Shown here one piece after another: positions 11,573 through 21,791 of a stretch of 64,000 nucleotides of DNA (position 1 is the first letter of the stretch; every line of letters begins with the position of its first letter). This DNA comes from Takakia lepidozioides. Its lineage: Eukaryota; Plantae; Bryophyta. Where the stretch lies: positions 76,384,001 to 76,448,000 of the forward strand of contig CM060733.1 of assembly GCA_030704615.1 (NCBI GenBank). The letters run 5' to 3'. Made by a program: the position numbers and the translations under genes. Under the pieces are notes generated by a model. The model worked only from the letters and a program-made list of their open reading frames with translations, was not told the DNA's origin and searched no databases.

Positions 11573-14500
11573 GGTCCAACACACACTTTGGCTCATATGA
11601 AAAAAGTGGAGGAGATAGAAATATCTAGGTGTTCAAGACTTGAAATGCTTCCACATTCAATTGGAGAGCTAACGATGCTTCAAAAGATGATTGTCAAGCA
11701 TTGTACAGCACTCAAAGGCCTACCAAACTCCATTGGTAATCTTGCAAAGTTAAAAGTCCTCAGCCTTGAGGGTTGTTCCTGCAACATACAAGCCGTGCTT
11801 GATTGTTTGGGGCTGTGGAAAGAGCTCGAAGAGTTGGATCTCTCTTCTTGCACCAGCTTGGAGAGCTTGCCTGAATCCATCGGATCATTGATTCATCTCC
11901 AACAACTGCGGCTCATGAATTGTACAACACTCAAAGGCCTGCCAGACTCCATTGGTAATCTTGCATTGTTAAAAATCCTGAATCTTCGGGGTTGTTCCAA
12001 CATACAAGTCGTGCCTGATTGTTTGGGGGTGTTGAAAGAGCTCGAAGAGTTGGACCTCTCTTCTTGTGCGAGCTTGGAGAGGTTGCCTGATTCCATCGGA
12101 GCATTGATTCATCTCCAAAAATTGTGGCTCGATAATTGTATAGCACTCAAAGGCCTGCCAGACTCCATTGGTAATCTTGCAAAGTTAAAAGTCCTCGTCC
12201 TTCAGGGTTGTTCCAACATACAAGTCGTGCTTGATTGTTTGGGGCTGTTGAAAGAGCTCGAAGAGTTGGACCTCTCTTCTTGTACGAGCTTGGAGAGGTT
12301 GCCTGATTCCATCGGAGCATTGATTCATCTCCAAAAATTGTGGCTCAAGAATTGTACAGCACTCAAAGGCTTGCCTGATTCCATTGGAGCATTGATTCAT
12401 CTCCAAAAATTGTGGCTCAATAATTGTACAGCACTCAAAGGCCTGCCAGATTCCATTGGTAATCTTGCAAAGTTAAAAGTCCTCGTCCTTAAGGGTTGTT
12501 CCAACATACAAGCCGTGCCTGATTGTTTGGGGGTGTTGAAAGAGCTCGAAGAGTTGCACCTCTCTTCTTGTACGAGCTTGGAGAGGTTGCCTAATTCCAT
12601 CGGAGCATTGATTCATCTCCAAAAATTGTGGCTGGATAATTGTACAGCATTCAAAGGCCTTCCAGACTCCATTGGTAATGTTGCAAAATTGAAAAGCCTC
12701 TACCTTGGGGGTTGTTCCAACATACAAGTCCTGCCTGATTGTTTTGGGCTGTTGAAAGAGCTCGAAAAGTTGGACCTCTCTTCTTGTACGAGCTTGGAGA
12801 GGTTGCCTGATTCCATTGGAGCATTGATTCATATCCAAAAATTGTGGCTCAAGAATTGTACAGCACTCAAAGACCTGCCTGATTCCATCGGAGCATTGAT
12901 TCATCTCCAAAAATTGTGGCTCAATAATTGTACAGCACTCAAAGGCCTGCCAGATTCCATTGGTAATCTTGCAAAGTTAAAAGTCCTCGTCCTTAAGGGT
13001 TGTTCCAACATACAAGCAATGCCTGATTGTTTGGGGGTGTTGAAAGAGCTCGAAGAGTTGGACCTCTCTTCTTGTACGAGCTTGGAGAGGTTGCCTGATT
13101 CCATCGGAGCATTGATTCATCTTCAAAAATTGTGGCTGGATAATTGTACAGCATTCAAAGGCCTTCCAGACTCCATTGGTAATGTTGCAAAATTGAAAAG
13201 CCTCTACCTTGGGGGTTGTTCCAACATACAAGTCCTGCCTGATTGTTTTGGGCTGTTGAAAGAGCTCGAAAAGTTGGACCTCTCTTTTTGTACGAGCTTG
13301 GAGAGGTTGCCTGATTCCATCGGAGCATTAACTCATCTCCAATACTTGATGCTCATAGGGCTCAAGACTTGTTTAGCAACTGAACACCTTCACGACTCCA
13401 TTGGTAATCTTGCAAAGTTAAAAGTCCTCAGCCTTAGAGGTTGTTCCAACAACTTACAAGCCCTGCTTGATTGTTTGGGGCTGTTGAAAGAGCTCGAAGA
13501 GTTGGAGCTCTCTACTTGTACGACCTTGGAGAGGTTGCCTCATTCCATCGGAGCATTGATTCATCTCCAAAAATTGCGGCTCAATACTTGTATAGCACTC
13601 AAAGGCCTGCCTGATTCCATCGGAGCATTGATTCATCTCCAACAATTGTGGCTCAAGAATTGTACAGCACTCAAAGGCTTGCCAGACTCCATTCGTAATC
13701 TTGCAAAGTTAAAAGTCCTCGTCCTTGAGGGTTGTTCCAACATACAAGTCGTGCCTGATTGTTTGGGGGTGTTGAAAGAGCTCGAAGAGTTGGACCTCTC
13801 TTCTTGTACGAGTTTGCGAAGGTTGCCCGATTCCATCGGAGCATTGATTCATCTCCAAAAATTGTGGCTCAATAATTGTACAGCACTCAAACGCCTGCCA
13901 GACTCCATTGGTAATCTTGCAAAGTTAAAAGTTCTCGTCCTTAAGGGTTGTTCCAACATACAAGTCGTGCCTGATTGTTTGGGGGTGTTGAAAGAGCTCG
14001 AAGAGTTGGACCTCTCTTCTTGTACGAGTTTGCGAAGGTTGCCCGATTCCATCGGAGCATTGATTCATCTCCAAAAATTGTGGCTCAATAATTGTACAGC
14101 ACTCAAACGCCTGCCAGACTCCATTGGTAATCTTGCAAAGTTAAAAGTTCTCGTCCTTAAGGGTTGTTCCAACATACAAGTCGTGCCTGATTGTTTGGGG
14201 GTGTTGAAAGAGCTCGAAGAGTTGGACCTCTCTTCTTGTACGAGTTTGCGAAGGTTGCCCGATTCCATCGGAACATTGATTCATCTCCAAAAATTGTGGC
14301 TCAATAATTGTACAGCACTCAAACGCCTGCCAGACTCCATTGGTAATCTTGCAAAGTTAAAAGTTCTCGTCCTTCAGGGTTGTTCCAACATACAAGTCGT
14401 GCCTGATTGTTTGGGGGTGTTGAAAGAGCTCGAAGAGTTGGACCTCTCTTCTTGTACGAGCTTGGAGAGGTTGCCTGATTCCATCGGAACATTGATTCAT

Positions 14501-14827
14501 CTCCAAAACTTGTGGCTGAAGAATTGTACAGCACTCAAAGGCCTGCCTGATTCCATCGGAGCATTGATTCATCTCCAAAATTTGTGTCTCAATAATTGTA
14601 CAGCACTCAAAGGCCTACCAGACTCCATTGGTAATCTTGCAAAGTTAAAAGTCCTCGTCCTTGAGGGTTGTTCCAACATACAAGTTGTGCCTCATTGTTT
14701 GGGGCTATTGAAAGAGCTCGAACAGTTGGGCCTCTCTTCTTGTACGAGCTTGGAGGGGTTGCTTGATTCCATTGCAGCATTGATTCATCTCCAAAAATTG
14801 TCGCCCAAGAATTGTACAGTACTCTAA
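11573..14827 (+). CDS. Open part of the LRR exon (about 45 repeats of 24 aa)
   Basis: LxxLxLxxCxxLxxLPDSIG repeats in the 1097-aa ORF. Confidence 0.9.
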   Translation, partial: GPTHTLAHMKKVEEIEISRCSRLEMLPHSIGELTMLQKMIVKHCTALKGLPNSIGNLAKLKVLSLEGCSCNIQAVLDCLGLWKELEELDLSSCTSLESLPESIGSLIHLQQLRLMNCTTLKGLPDSIGNLALLKILNLRGCSNIQVVPDCLGVLKELEELDLSSCASLERLPDSIGALIHLQKLWLDNCIALKGLPDSIGNLAKLKVLVLQGCSNIQVVLDCLGLLKELEELDLSSCTSLERLPDSIGALIHLQKLWLKNCTALKGLPDSIGALIHLQKLWLNNCTALKGLPDSIGNLAKLKVLVLKGCSNIQAVPDCLGVLKELEELHLSSCTSLERLPNSIGALIHLQKLWLDNCTAFKGLPDSIGNVAKLKSLYLGGCSNIQVLPDCFGLLKELEKLDLSSCTSLERLPDSIGALIHIQKLWLKNCTALKDLPDSIGALIHLQKLWLNNCTALKGLPDSIGNLAKLKVLVLKGCSNIQAMPDCLGVLKELEELDLSSCTSLERLPDSIGALIHLQKLWLDNCTAFKGLPDSIGNVAKLKSLYLGGCSNIQVLPDCFGLLKELEKLDLSFCTSLERLPDSIGALTHLQYLMLIGLKTCLATEHLHDSIGNLAKLKVLSLRGCSNNLQALLDCLGLLKELEELELSTCTTLERLPHSIGALIHLQKLRLNTCIALKGLPDSIGALIHLQQLWLKNCTALKGLPDSIRNLAKLKVLVLEGCSNIQVVPDCLGVLKELEELDLSSCTSLRRLPDSIGALIHLQKLWLNNCTALKRLPDSIGNLAKLKVLVLKGCSNIQVVPDCLGVLKELEELDLSSCTSLRRLPDSIGALIHLQKLWLNNCTALKRLPDSIGNLAKLKVLVLKGCSNIQVVPDCLGVLKELEELDLSSCTSLRRLPDSIGTLIHLQKLWLNNCTALKRLPDSIGNLAKLKVLVLQGCSNIQVVPDCLGVLKELEELDLSSCTSLERLPDSIGTLIHLQNLWLKNCTALKGLPDSIGALIHLQNLCLNNCTALKGLPDSIGNLAKLKVLVLEGCSNIQVVPHCLGLLKELEQLGLSSCTSLEGLLDSIAALIHLQKLSPKNCTVL

Positions 14828-17800
14828 GGCTTGCCAGACTCCATTGGTAATCTTGCAAAGTTAAAAGTCCTCGTCTTTGAGGGTTGTTCCTGCAACATAC
14901 AAGGCGTACTTGATTGTTTGGGGCTGTTGAAAGAGCTCGAAGTGTTGGATCTCTCTTCTTGCACCAGCTTAGAGAGCTTGCCTGAATCCATCGGAACATT
15001 GATTCATCTCGAACAATTGTGGCTCATCAATTGTGCAACACTCAAAGGCTTGCCAGACTCCATAGGTAATCTTGCATTGTTAAAAATCCTCAGAGTTCAG
15101 GGTTAATCCAACATACAAGTCGTGCCTGATTGTTTGGGGCTGGTGAAAGAGCTCGAAGTGTTGGACCTCTCTTCTTGTACGAGCTTGGAGAGCTCGCTTG
15201 ATTCCATCGGAGCATTGATTCATCTCCAACAATTGTGGCTCAAGAATTGTACAACATTCAAAGGCGTGCCAGACTCCATTGATAATCTTGCAAAGTTAAA
15301 AGTCCTCGTCCTTCAGGGTTGTTCCAACATACAAGTCGTGCCCGATTGTTTGGGGCTGTTGAAAGAGCTCGAAGAGTTGGACCTCTCTTCTTGTACGAGC
15401 TTGGAGAGGTTGCCTGATTCCAATGGAGCATCGATTCATCTCCAAAACTTGTGGCTCAAGAATTGTAGAGCACTCAAAGGCCTGCCTGATTCCATCGGAG
15501 CATTGATTCATCTCCAAAATTTGTGTCTCAATAATTGTACAGCACTCAAAGGCCTGTCGGACTCCATTGGTAATCTTGCAAAGTTAAAAGTCCTCGTCCT
15601 TGAGGGTTGTTCCAACATACAAGTTGTGCCTCATTGTTTGGGGCTATTGAAAGAGCTCGAACAGTTGGGCCTCTCTTCTTGTATGAGCTTGGAGGGGTTG
15701 CCTGATTCCATTGCAGCATTGATTCATCTCCAAAAATTGTCGCCCAAGAATTGTACAGTACTCTAAGGCTTGCCAGACTCCATTGGTAATCTTGCAAAGT
15801 TAAAAGTCCTCGTCTTTGAGGGTTGTTCCTGCAACATACAAGGCATACTTGATTGCTTGGGGCTGTTGAAAGAGCTCGAAGTGTTGGATCTCTCTTCTTG
15901 CACCAGCTTAGAGAGCTTGCCTGAATCCATCGGAACATTGATTCATCTCGAACAACTGTGGCTCATCAATTGTACAACACTCAAAGGCTTGTCAGACTCC
16001 ATAGGTAATCTTGCATTGTTAAAAATCCTCAAAGTTCAGGGTTAATCCAACATACAAGTCGTGCCTGATTGTTTGGGGCTGGTGAAAGAGCTCGAAGTGT
16101 TGGACCTCTCTTCTTGTACGAGCTTGGAGAGCTTGCTTGATTCCATCGGAGCATTGATTCATCTCCAACAATTGTGGCTCAATAATTGTACAGCACTCAA
16201 AGGCGTGCCAGACTCCATTGGTAATCTTGCAAAGTTAAAAGTCCTCGTCCTTCAGGGTTGTTCCAACATACAAGTCGTGCCCGATTGTTTGGGGCTGTTG
16301 AAAGAGCTCGAAGAGTTGGACCTCTCTTCTTGTACGATTGGAAGGTTGCCTGATTCCAACGGAGCATCGATTCATCTCCAAAACTTGTGGCTCAAGAATT
16401 GTAGAGCACTCAAAGGCCTGCCTGATTCCATCGGAGCATTGATTCATCTCCAAAATTTGTGTCTCAATAATTGTACAGCACTCAAAGGCCTGTCGGACTC
16501 CATTGGTAATCTTGCAAAGTTAAAAGTCCTCGTCCTTGAGGGTTGTTCCAACATACAAGTTGTGCCTCATTGTTTGGGGCTATTGAAAGAGCTCGAACAG
16601 TTGGGCCTCTCTTCTTGTACGAGCTTGGAGGGGTTGCCTGATTCCATTGCAGCATTGATTCATCTCCAAAAATTGTCGCCCAAGAATTGTACAGTACTCT
16701 AAGGCTTGCCAGACTCCATTGGTAATCTTGCAAAGTTAAAAGTCCTCGTCTTTGAGGGTTGTTCCTGCAACATACAAGGCGTACTTGATTGTTTGGGGCT
16801 ATTGAAAGAGCTCGAAGTGTTGGATCTCTCTTCTTGCACCAGCTTAGAGAGCTTGCCTGAATCCATCGGAACATTGATTCATCTCGAACAACTGTGGCTC
16901 ATCAATTGTACAACACTCAAAGGCTTGCCAGACTCCATAGGTAATCTTGCATTGTTAAAAATCCTCAAAGTTCAGGGTTAATCCAACATACAAGTCGTGC
17001 CTGATTGTTTGGGGCTGGTGAAAGAGCTCGAAGTGTTGGACCTCTCTTCTTGTACGAGCTCGGAGAGCTTGCTTGATTCCATCGGAGCATTGATTCATCT
17101 CCAATACTTGTGGCTCAATAATTGTACAGCACTCAAAGGCCTGCCAGACTCCATTGGTAAAGTCCTCAACCTTGAGGGTTGTTCCAACATAAAAGTCGTG
17201 CCTCATTGTTTGGGGCTGTTGAAAGAGCTCGAAGAGTTTGACCTCTCTTCTTGTACGAGCTTACCTGATTCCATTGGAGCATTGATTCATCTCCAAAATT
17301 TGTGTCTCAATAATTGTACAGCACTCAAAGGCCTGCCGGACTCCATTGGTAATCTTGCAAAGTTAAAAGTCCTCGTCCTTGAGGGTTGTTCCAACATACA
17401 AGTTGTGCCTCATTGTTTGGGGCTATTGAAAGAGCTCGAACAGTTGGGCCTCTCTTCTTGTACGAGCTTGGAGGGGTTGCCTGATTCCATTGGAGCATTG
17501 ATTCATCTCCAAAAATTGTCGCCCAAGAATTGTACAGTACTCTAAGGCTTGCCAGACTCCATTGGTAATCTTGCAAAGTTAAAAGTCCTCGTCTTTGAGG
17601 GTTGTTCCTGCAACATGCAAGGCGTACTTGATTGTTTGGGTCTGTTGAAAGAGCTCGAAGTGTTGGATCTCTATTCTTGCACCAGCTTAGAGAGCTTGCC
17701 TGAATCCATCGGAACTTTGATTCATCTCGAACAACTGTGGCTCATCAATTGTACAACACTCAAAGGCTTGCCAGACTCCATAGGTAATCTTGCATTGTTA

Positions 17801-18526
17801 AAAATCCTCAAAGTTCAGGGTTAATCCAACATACAAGTCGTGCCTGATTGTTTGGGGCTGGTGAAAGAGCTCGAAGTGTTGGACCTCTCTTCTTGTACGA
17901 GCTTGGAGAGCTTGCTTAATTCCATCGGAGCATTGATTCATCTCCAACAATTGTGGCTCAATAATTGTACAGCACTCAAAGGCGTGCCAGACTCCATTGG
18001 TAATCTTGCAAAGTTAAAAGTCCTCGTCCTTCAGGGTTGTTCCAACATACAAGTCGTGCCCGATTGTTTGGGGCTGTTGAAAGAGCTCGAAGAGTTGGAC
18101 CTCTCTTCTTGTACGATTGGAAGGTTGCCTGATTCCAACGGAGCATCGATTCATCTCCAAAACTTGTGGCTCAAGAATTGTACAGCACTCAAAGGCCTGC
18201 CTGATTCCATCGGAGCATTGATTCATCTCCAAAATTTGTGTCTCAATAATTGTACAGCACTCAAAGGCCTGCCGGACTCCATTGGTAATCTTGCAAAGTT
18301 AAAAGTCCTCATCCTTGAGGGTTGTTCCAACATACAAGTTGTGCCTCATTGTTTGGGGCTATTGAAAGAGCTCGAACAGTTGGGCCTCTCTTCTTGTACG
18401 AGCTTGGAGGGGTTGCCTGATTCCATTGCAACATTGATTCATCTCCAAAAATTGTCGCCCAAGAATTGTACAGTACTCTAAGGCTTGCCAGACTCCATTG
18501 GTAATCTTGCAAAGTTAAAAGTCCTC
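11600..18526 (+). repeat. LRR-coding tandem array: 72-bp unit with higher-order 216, 504 and about 939-bp units
   Basis: Repeated antisense ORFs are offset by 216 (13633/13849/14065), 504 (12397/12901) and 939 bp (14357/15296/16235). Confidence 0.93.
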
Positions 18527-19290
18527 CGCCTTTTGAACCAATGAGCGGGAGCTTTATGTTGGTTGTTTTTGTGACCGTCCATGGATTCCCGTCGTACTTG
18601 CGGTCCATGCCCTCAAGCTGCCCTGCTGGAGATGTGTTCAATGTGGGCAGCAGCTCATACAAAACATCACCGTCGATGATACTCGACAAGCATTTCACCT
18701 TCCTCGCTTCTATATTTTCAAAATTGATCCTTCCAAGCTGCGATTTGGAGTCTAGGTGCAGAAGCTTCAACACATCCAGTATAGATTGAGCGGGCTATGT
18801 GAATTTAGTGTTGTTGCCCATAAACTCCCCTCGGCGCAATTTTTGTGGAGGTGAAGCAGATTTGCCCAGAATGCTCTCCCGCCTCCCACTACTGGATCGA
18901 ATAACCACACATTCTTCACTGTCGCCACTAGAAAGCTCAATGCTCTCAGTTTTCACCACATTAGCACCACGGACGGAAGCCAAAGTAGGATGCTCACGAG
19001 TGGTCGACAGCCTGTCTGTCATAGCATGGACACCAAAATTTTGTATACGACCTTACCTGTAAATGGCAGAACCCATGACTTGTTCCCGACGTCTCGAACT
19101 GGATCCAAGATGCGGGTTTCGGTGACGCCCTCTTCACTCATGTCCTCCTCCTCAACAACAAGAGAGAGAGGGTCCAGATTAAACCTTTCAAGTATTACTT
19201 TGTCAAGCAGAAACATCTGGCCTCCCTGTGCCTTCACCTTCACAAGATCAGAGGACGGTGGACAATCACAGCTTATCACAATCAATCACA
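18527..19290 (-). pseudogene. N-terminal fragment of a divergent member of the GCM-MULE transposase family
   Basis: GDVLYELLP...GMDRKYDGNPWTVTKT aligns with GNVIFEFPP...DMDRKHDGHPWCVTKT of the 30397 transposase; ERFNLDPLSLVVEEE aligns with SKFKLKPGTVYLEEE. Confidence 0.8.
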
Positions 19291-19500
19291 GCACGACATG
19301 GCTTTACACAGCATGACACAATTTCACACAGCCAGTCACAACCCGACACAGTCCGACACAGCCAGTCACAGCTCGGCACAGTCACAGCCCGACACAGCTT
19401 GGCACAGTCCGTCACAACGTACATAGGGTACGGTTATCATTGGCAGGAAATGACTGTGTGGGAACGACATCTTGCAGAGGGAACGTGCTTTCTTCTTGGA
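19260..19500 (+). repeat. (G/C)ACAGC-rich minisatellite plus conserved block; diverged direct copy at 27945-28300
   Basis: cacagcc/gacacag repeats followed by tacat.ggg...gactgtg.gggaacgacat...ggaacgtg at both loci. Confidence 0.7.
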
Positions 19501-19536
19501 CAGGGATGCCTCGGCGTGAGCCTGGTCGCGTGAGCG

Positions 19537-20835
19537 CAAGGCCGGTAATCACCGCACATACGTCTCTCCGTCCAATTGCCATAGACATCCTTCTTGGCTG
19601 GCATCACTGTGGCTGAAGCATACTCTCCACCAGAGAGCTCTACCAAACCAGCCTCACAGAGATCTTGAGTCCTCATCTGAATCAAAGACCTCTCCATGTC
19701 ACTGTATCTATAGGGTCTCCAAAAGATTGGCGTGTCAGTGGCCAACTCAATACAAATCTCTTGACCCTTCAGTGCTCCCAAGTCCTTCAAACTGAAGGCA
19801 AAGCAATTCCTGTAAGCCCTCAGGAACCGCCGTATATGACGTCTCTCTCCTCCGGTGACAATGGGTCCAATGTCAGGCTCCCAATTGTCCTCCGTAATTG
19901 CAACCTTAAGTCCAGTGGGCTTAGAGGTAGAGGACGCGTCTAGTGGTTGCTATACTGCAACCTCTTGAGTAGTACTCCCTACCTGCTCGGTCAATGACAA
20001 GGCCTCATCCTGCCCCATCATCTCATCCTCGAGGACTTCCTCAACCCGAGAAAAATCCCCAACCTCATCCATCACCGCCACCTTGGCTGCCAACTCCCTC
20101 GAGCACCTCCCACGTGTGTCATGGATGCCTGCACCCCGTGGTCCTCACATGTTTGCCCCCACTCACTGCCTATACCGTCTCGGTAGGCAGAGAGACCATC
20201 GAGGGAAGTGTTCTCCACACTCTGCGTTGCTCAGCCATAGCCAAGCTGATAATCCAGGTCAAGCAATTGAGATCCATTGCTTGCTCCAACACCTAACGAC
20301 GTGATGCCTCAGAAAGAGACGGCACCGCCGTGGTACCAGTGGTAAAATCCATCGCCCGCTCACGCTCGTCAGCATTAGGCTCCACTAACTGCTGCAACTA
20401 AGCATCCCACAGGAGGCCAGGTCCACTATCCCAAAAAGCATGCGATCCTGGGAAGCTGAGCAGTGTAGGTAATGTTGCTCGTGGTTGACCCACATTGTTG
20501 ACCACTGCCAAAGGCGAACGGTCATCGTGTCTCACACGCTGAGACTGTCTCCCTGTGTCCAGAATGCTATCCACTACGAGGTGTGCTGGCCACTGCACCC
20601 CATCAAATGCACACTTGAGCAGTGCGGGTGACATCAAGTTAGTCCATCATAACCATGGACGATGAGCCCGTGACCCCACTGCAGCTGCATCCATCAACAC
20701 TGCTGACCCAAGCCACGATCGGACTTGATGCACACTGGCCATCACCCTGGCCCGAAAATCGCCCATCAATGGCACATTCTCCAAGATGTATGCTGGAGAT
20801 ACAACTTGATGAAGCTGCAAGTGGCGCAAAACCCG
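19537..20835 (-). mobile_element. Ty3/Gypsy pol fragment: DNMT domain, linker and RT N-terminus (host of the nested insertion)
   Basis: PIFWRPYRYS...YASATVMPAKKD...RMCGDYRP is nearly identical to 24515-24690; DNMT motifs lie upstream on the same strand. Confidence 0.85.
20220..20835 (-). pseudogene. DNMT3/DRM-like C5 cytosine methyltransferase domain (motifs VI-X); continues at 27403-27435
   Basis: RSGLFWELV|RVLRHLQ, YILENVP, MDAAAVGSRAHRPWL*WTNL, EPNADERERAMDFTTGTT, SRR*VLEQAMD; contains several stops. Confidence 0.85.
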
Positions 20836-21023
20836 TGTCGTGCGCATACATATCGCTACACAACTACATCGCTGTCCAAAACCACACAACACATGTGCAC
20901 ACCACACACTAGTATACCACTAGTCCACCACTAGTCCAGCCACTAGTCCAACCACTAGGCTACAACTAGTCAGTCACTAGGCTACCACTATGCTGCCCAC
21001 TATGGCAGTCACTAGTCCACACA
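20836..21023 (-). repeat. LTR segment A, second copy (188 bp)
   Basis: Appears identical to 21344-21531. Confidence 0.92.
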
Positions 21024-21024
21024 A

Positions 21025-21531
21025 TGATAAAGAAGAAGAATACAAGCACGAGCTTACAAATCTGAAGCATAAACTCATGCATATATAACCTCATCACTCA
21101 AATACAAGTCAAGCCAAGTGCACCCCACGCCATGGGGAATCCACACTACGGCGCCATAGCTAGGCGCGGTGAGGCTCAACTCGAGAAAGATGAGCCTTCC
21201 GCGCTTGCCGTGAAAATAACCACTCCAGGGCCTAAATCTGCCTTGACCCCTGGATTGACACTTGGGCCAATCCCAAATGTCAATATGTAAAAGCTAGCTA
21301 TTTCCTAGCTAGTTTCACACTAGTGGTAAAATAACTTGACAGCTGTCGTGCGCATACATATCGCTACACAACTACATCGCTGTCCAAAACCACACAACAC
21401 ATGTGCACACCACACACTAGTATACCACTAGTCCACCACTAGTCCAGCCACTAGTCCAACCACTAGGCTACAACTAGTCAGTCACTAGGCTACCACTATG
21501 CTGCCCACTATGGCAGTCACTAGTCCACACA
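21025..21531 (-). repeat. Complete LTR (segment A 21344-21531 + GC + segment B 21025-21341), TG...CA
   Basis: Preceded on the minus strand by the PPT; A is repeated at 20836-21023 and B at 27086-27402. Confidence 0.85.
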
Positions 21532-21543
21532 ATCGCCCCCCTA
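21532..21543 (-). promoter_or_regulatory. Polypurine tract
   Basis: Minus strand reads TAGGGGGGCGAT immediately before the TGTG LTR start. Confidence 0.75.
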
Positions 21544-21791
21544 GCTGGTGCTTAGGTCCCTCTAAGTCCAGGTAGCCACAAGATGTGATAGTGACCATAG
21601 CCTCACTAAGTCCTCCACCACTATCCCTACTACACTCAAACTCGATAGATCAAGAGGCCGGGTGCAAGAGTTGCCCCATCGTTAGTCGCCGTCTTGCAAC
21701 CTGTGAACTTGAGCTTGGGATCTCATGTATTGACTCCTATGAGCTTGGCCTCCCATGTCTTGTTAGCTGCCTCCAGTCATGTCCACTGCCA

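Larger units (their letters stand above)
8215..18526 (+). pseudogene. TIR-NB-ARC-LRR (TNL) immune receptor gene, disrupted as assembled; exons about 8215-8659, 9686-10795, 11116-11406, 11573-18526
   Basis: TIR, NB-ARC and LRR motifs joined by in-phase GT-AG introns. 1-nt frameshift at about 10203, in-frame stops from 14825, no in-frame ATG in the TIR exon, and the 3' end is cut off by a transposase fragment. Confidence 0.88.

Noticed and set aside
11680-18232. Repeated minus-strand ORFs in the LRR array
   Set aside because: Antisense shadows of the LRR repeats.
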